Source: Macrostomum lignano
Taxonomy: Eukaryota
Direction of reading: 5' to 3'
Length of the DNA stretch: 64,000 nucleotides
NCBI GenBank assembly: GCA_002269645.1
Contig: NIVC01000317.1
Coordinates: 372,001 to 436,000, forward strand
The position numbers and the translations under genes are program-made. The stretch's first letter is position 1; each line of letters starts with the position of its first letter. The notes under the pieces are model-generated. The model was not told the DNA's origin and did no database searches. It saw only the letters and a list, made by a program, of their open reading frames with translations. This document shows positions 61,401 to 64,000 of the stretch, piece by piece.

Positions 61401-64000
61401 TTCTCTGACTCTTCCTGACTCTTCCTGACTCTTCTCTGACTCTTCCTGACTCCTCCTGACTCTTCCTGACTCTTCCTGACTCTTCTCTGACTCTACATGA
61501 CTCTTCCTGACTCTTCCAGTCTCCTCCTGACTCTTCTCTGACTCTTCCTGGCTCTTCCTGACTCTTCTCTGACTCTTCCTGACTCTTCCTGACTCTTCTC
61601 TGACTCTTCCTGACTCTTCCTGACTCTTCCTGACTCTTCCAGTCTCTTCCTGACTCTTCCTGACTCTTCCTGACTCTTCCTGACTCTTCCAGTCTCTTCC
61701 TGACTCTTCCAGTCTCTTCCTGACTCTTCCAGTCTCTTTCTGACTCATCCAGTCTCTTCCTGACTCTTCCTGACTCTTCCTGACTCTTCTCTGACTCTTC
61801 CTGGCTCTTCCTGACTCTTCCTGACTCTTCCTGACTCTTCCTGACTCCTCCTGACTCTTCCTGACTCTTCCTGACTCTTCCTGACTCTTCCTGACTCTTC
61901 CTGACTCTTCCAGTCTCCTCCTGACTCTTCCTGACTCTTCCTGACTCTTCCTGACTCTTCTCTGACTCTTCCTGACTCTTTCTGACTCTTCTCTGACTCT
62001 TCCTGACTCTTCCTGACTCTTCCTGACTCTTCCTGACTCCTCCTGACTCTTCCTGACTCTTCCTGACTCTTCCTGACTCTTCCTGACTCCTCCTGACTCT
62101 TCCTGACTCTTCCTGACTCTTCTCTGACTCTACATGACTCTTCCTGACTCTTCCAGTCTCCTCCTGACTCTTCCTGACTCTTCCTGACTCTTCCTGACTC
62201 TTCTCTGACTCTTCCTGACTCTTCCTGACTCTTCTCTGACTCTTCCTGACTCTTCCTGACTCTTCCTGACTCTTCCAGTCTCTTCCTGACTCTTCCTGAC
62301 TCTTCCTGACTCTTCCTGACTCTTCCAGTCTCTTCCTGACTCTTCCAGTCTCTTCCTGACTCTTCCAGTCTCTTCCTGACTCTTCCAGTCTCTTTCTGAC
62401 TCTTCCAGTCTCTTCCTGACTCTTCCTGACTCTTCCTGACTCTTCCTGACTCTTCCTGACTCTTCCAGTCTCTTCCTGACTCTTCCAGTCTCTTCCTGAC
62501 TCTTCCAGTCTCTTTCTGACTCTTTCAGTCTCTTCCTGACTCTTCCTGACTCTTCCTGACTCTTCCTGACTCTTCCTGACTCTTCCTGACTCTTCCTGAC
62601 TCTTCCTGACTCTTCCAGTCTCTTCCTGACTCTTCCAGTCTCTTCCTGACTCTTCCAGTCTCTTTCTGACTCTTCCTGACTCTTCCAGTCTCTTCCTGAC
62701 TCTTCCTGACTCTTCCAGTCTCTTCCTGACTCTTCCTGACTCTTCCTGAATCTTCCTGACTCTTCCTGACTCTTCCTGACTCTTCCTGACTCTTCCTGAC
62801 TCTTCCTGACTCTTCCAGTCTCTTCCTGACTCTTCCTGACTCTTCCAGTCTCCTCCTGACTCTTCCTGACTCTTCCTGACTCTTCCTGACTCTTCTCTGA
62901 CTCTTCCTGGCTCTTCCTGACTCTTCCTGACTCTTCCTGACTCTTCCTGACTCCTCCTGACTCTTCCTGACTCTTCCTGACTCTTCCTGACTCCTCCTGA
63001 CTCTTCCTGACTCCTCCTGACTCTTCCTGACTCTTCCTGACTCTTCCTGACTCTTCCAGTCTCTTCCTGACTCTTCCTGACTCTTCCTGACTCTTCCAGT
63101 CTCTTCCTGACTCTTCCTGACTCTTCCTGACTCTTCCAGTCTCTTCCTGACTCTTCCTGACTCTTCCTGACTCTTCCTGACTCTTCCTGACTCTACCTGA
63201 CTCTTCCTGACTCTACCTGACTCTTCCTGACTCTTCCTGACTCTTCCTGACTCCTCCTGACTCTTCCTGACTCTTCCTGACTCTTCTCTGACTCTACATG
63301 ACTCTTCCTGACTCTTCCAGTCTCCTCCTGACTCTTCCTGACTCTTCTCTGACTCTTCCTGACTCTTCTCTGACTCTTTCTGACTCTTCTCTGACTCTTC
63401 CTGACTCTTCCTGACTCTTCCTGACTCTTCCTGACTCCTCCTGACTCTTCCTGACTCTTCCTGACTCTTCTCTGACTCTACATGACTCTTCCTGACTCTT
63501 CCAGTCTCCTCCTGACTCTTCCTGACTCTTCCTGACTCTTCCTGACTCTTCTCTGACTCTTCCTGACTCTTTCTGACTCTTCTCTGACTCTTCCTGACTC
63601 TTCCTGACTCTTCCTGACTCTTCCAGTCTCTTTCTGACTCTTCCAGTCTCTTCCTGACTCTTCCTGACTCTTCCTGACTCTTCCTGACTCTTCCTGACTC
63701 TTCCAGTCTCTTCCTGACTCTTCCAGTCTCTTCCTGACTCTTCCAGTCTCTTTCTGACTCTTTCAGTCTCTTCCTGACTCTTCCTGACTCTTCCTGACTC
63801 TTCCTGACTCTTCCTGACTCTTCCTGACTCTTCCTGACTCTTCCTGACTCTTCCAGTCTCTTCCTGACTCTTCCTGACTCTTCCTGACTCTTCCAGTCTC
63901 TTCCTGACTCTTCCTGACTCTTCCTGAATCTTCCTGACTCTTCCTGACTCCTCCTGACTCTTCCTGACTCTTCCTGACTCTTCCTGACTCTTCCAGTCTC
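58500..64000. repeat. 10-bp satellite (CCTGACTCTT)n, at least 5.5 kb, runs off the window
   Basis: Tandem CCTGACTCTT/CCAGTCTCTT with rare marker variants. Confidence 0.99.

Noticed and set aside
61158-61748. 196-aa SQEESGRVRK ORF
   Set aside because: Translation of the 10-bp satellite.

Overview
Eukaryotic (animal) genomic DNA: GC-rich short exons in AT-rich introns, most of which carry their own minisatellite. This architecture suggests a flatworm such as Macrostomum (inference only). The real genes are spliced, so the ORF track is mostly repeat artefact. From manual exon assembly, left to right: a decayed APE+RT non-LTR retrotransposon (~50-2950); katanin p80 (KATNB1, 7 coding exons, 4467-14686, +); a telomere-like 21-bp array; COP9 signalosome subunit 7 (3 exons, 18288-23474, +); a DNase II with an unusual C-terminal transmembrane helix and terminal YRIL motif, carrying one 1-bp frameshift (26341-28708, -); tRNA-Lys(CTT); a small unknown 2-exon gene; a cluster of four NPY/NPF-like prohormone genes (31691-43178) invisible in the ORF track, two ending LYQRPRF-GR and two ending RIRM-G, each with a phase-2 intron in the last Arg codon; and the 3' part of a GPI-anchored GFRalpha/Gfrl-like protein with at least 4 GDNF/GAS1 domains, also with one 1-bp frameshift (48553 to >58408, -). 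The window ends in a 10-bp satellite with ~2136-bp higher-order periodicity. Best leads: the neuropeptide cluster and the membrane-anchored DNase II.
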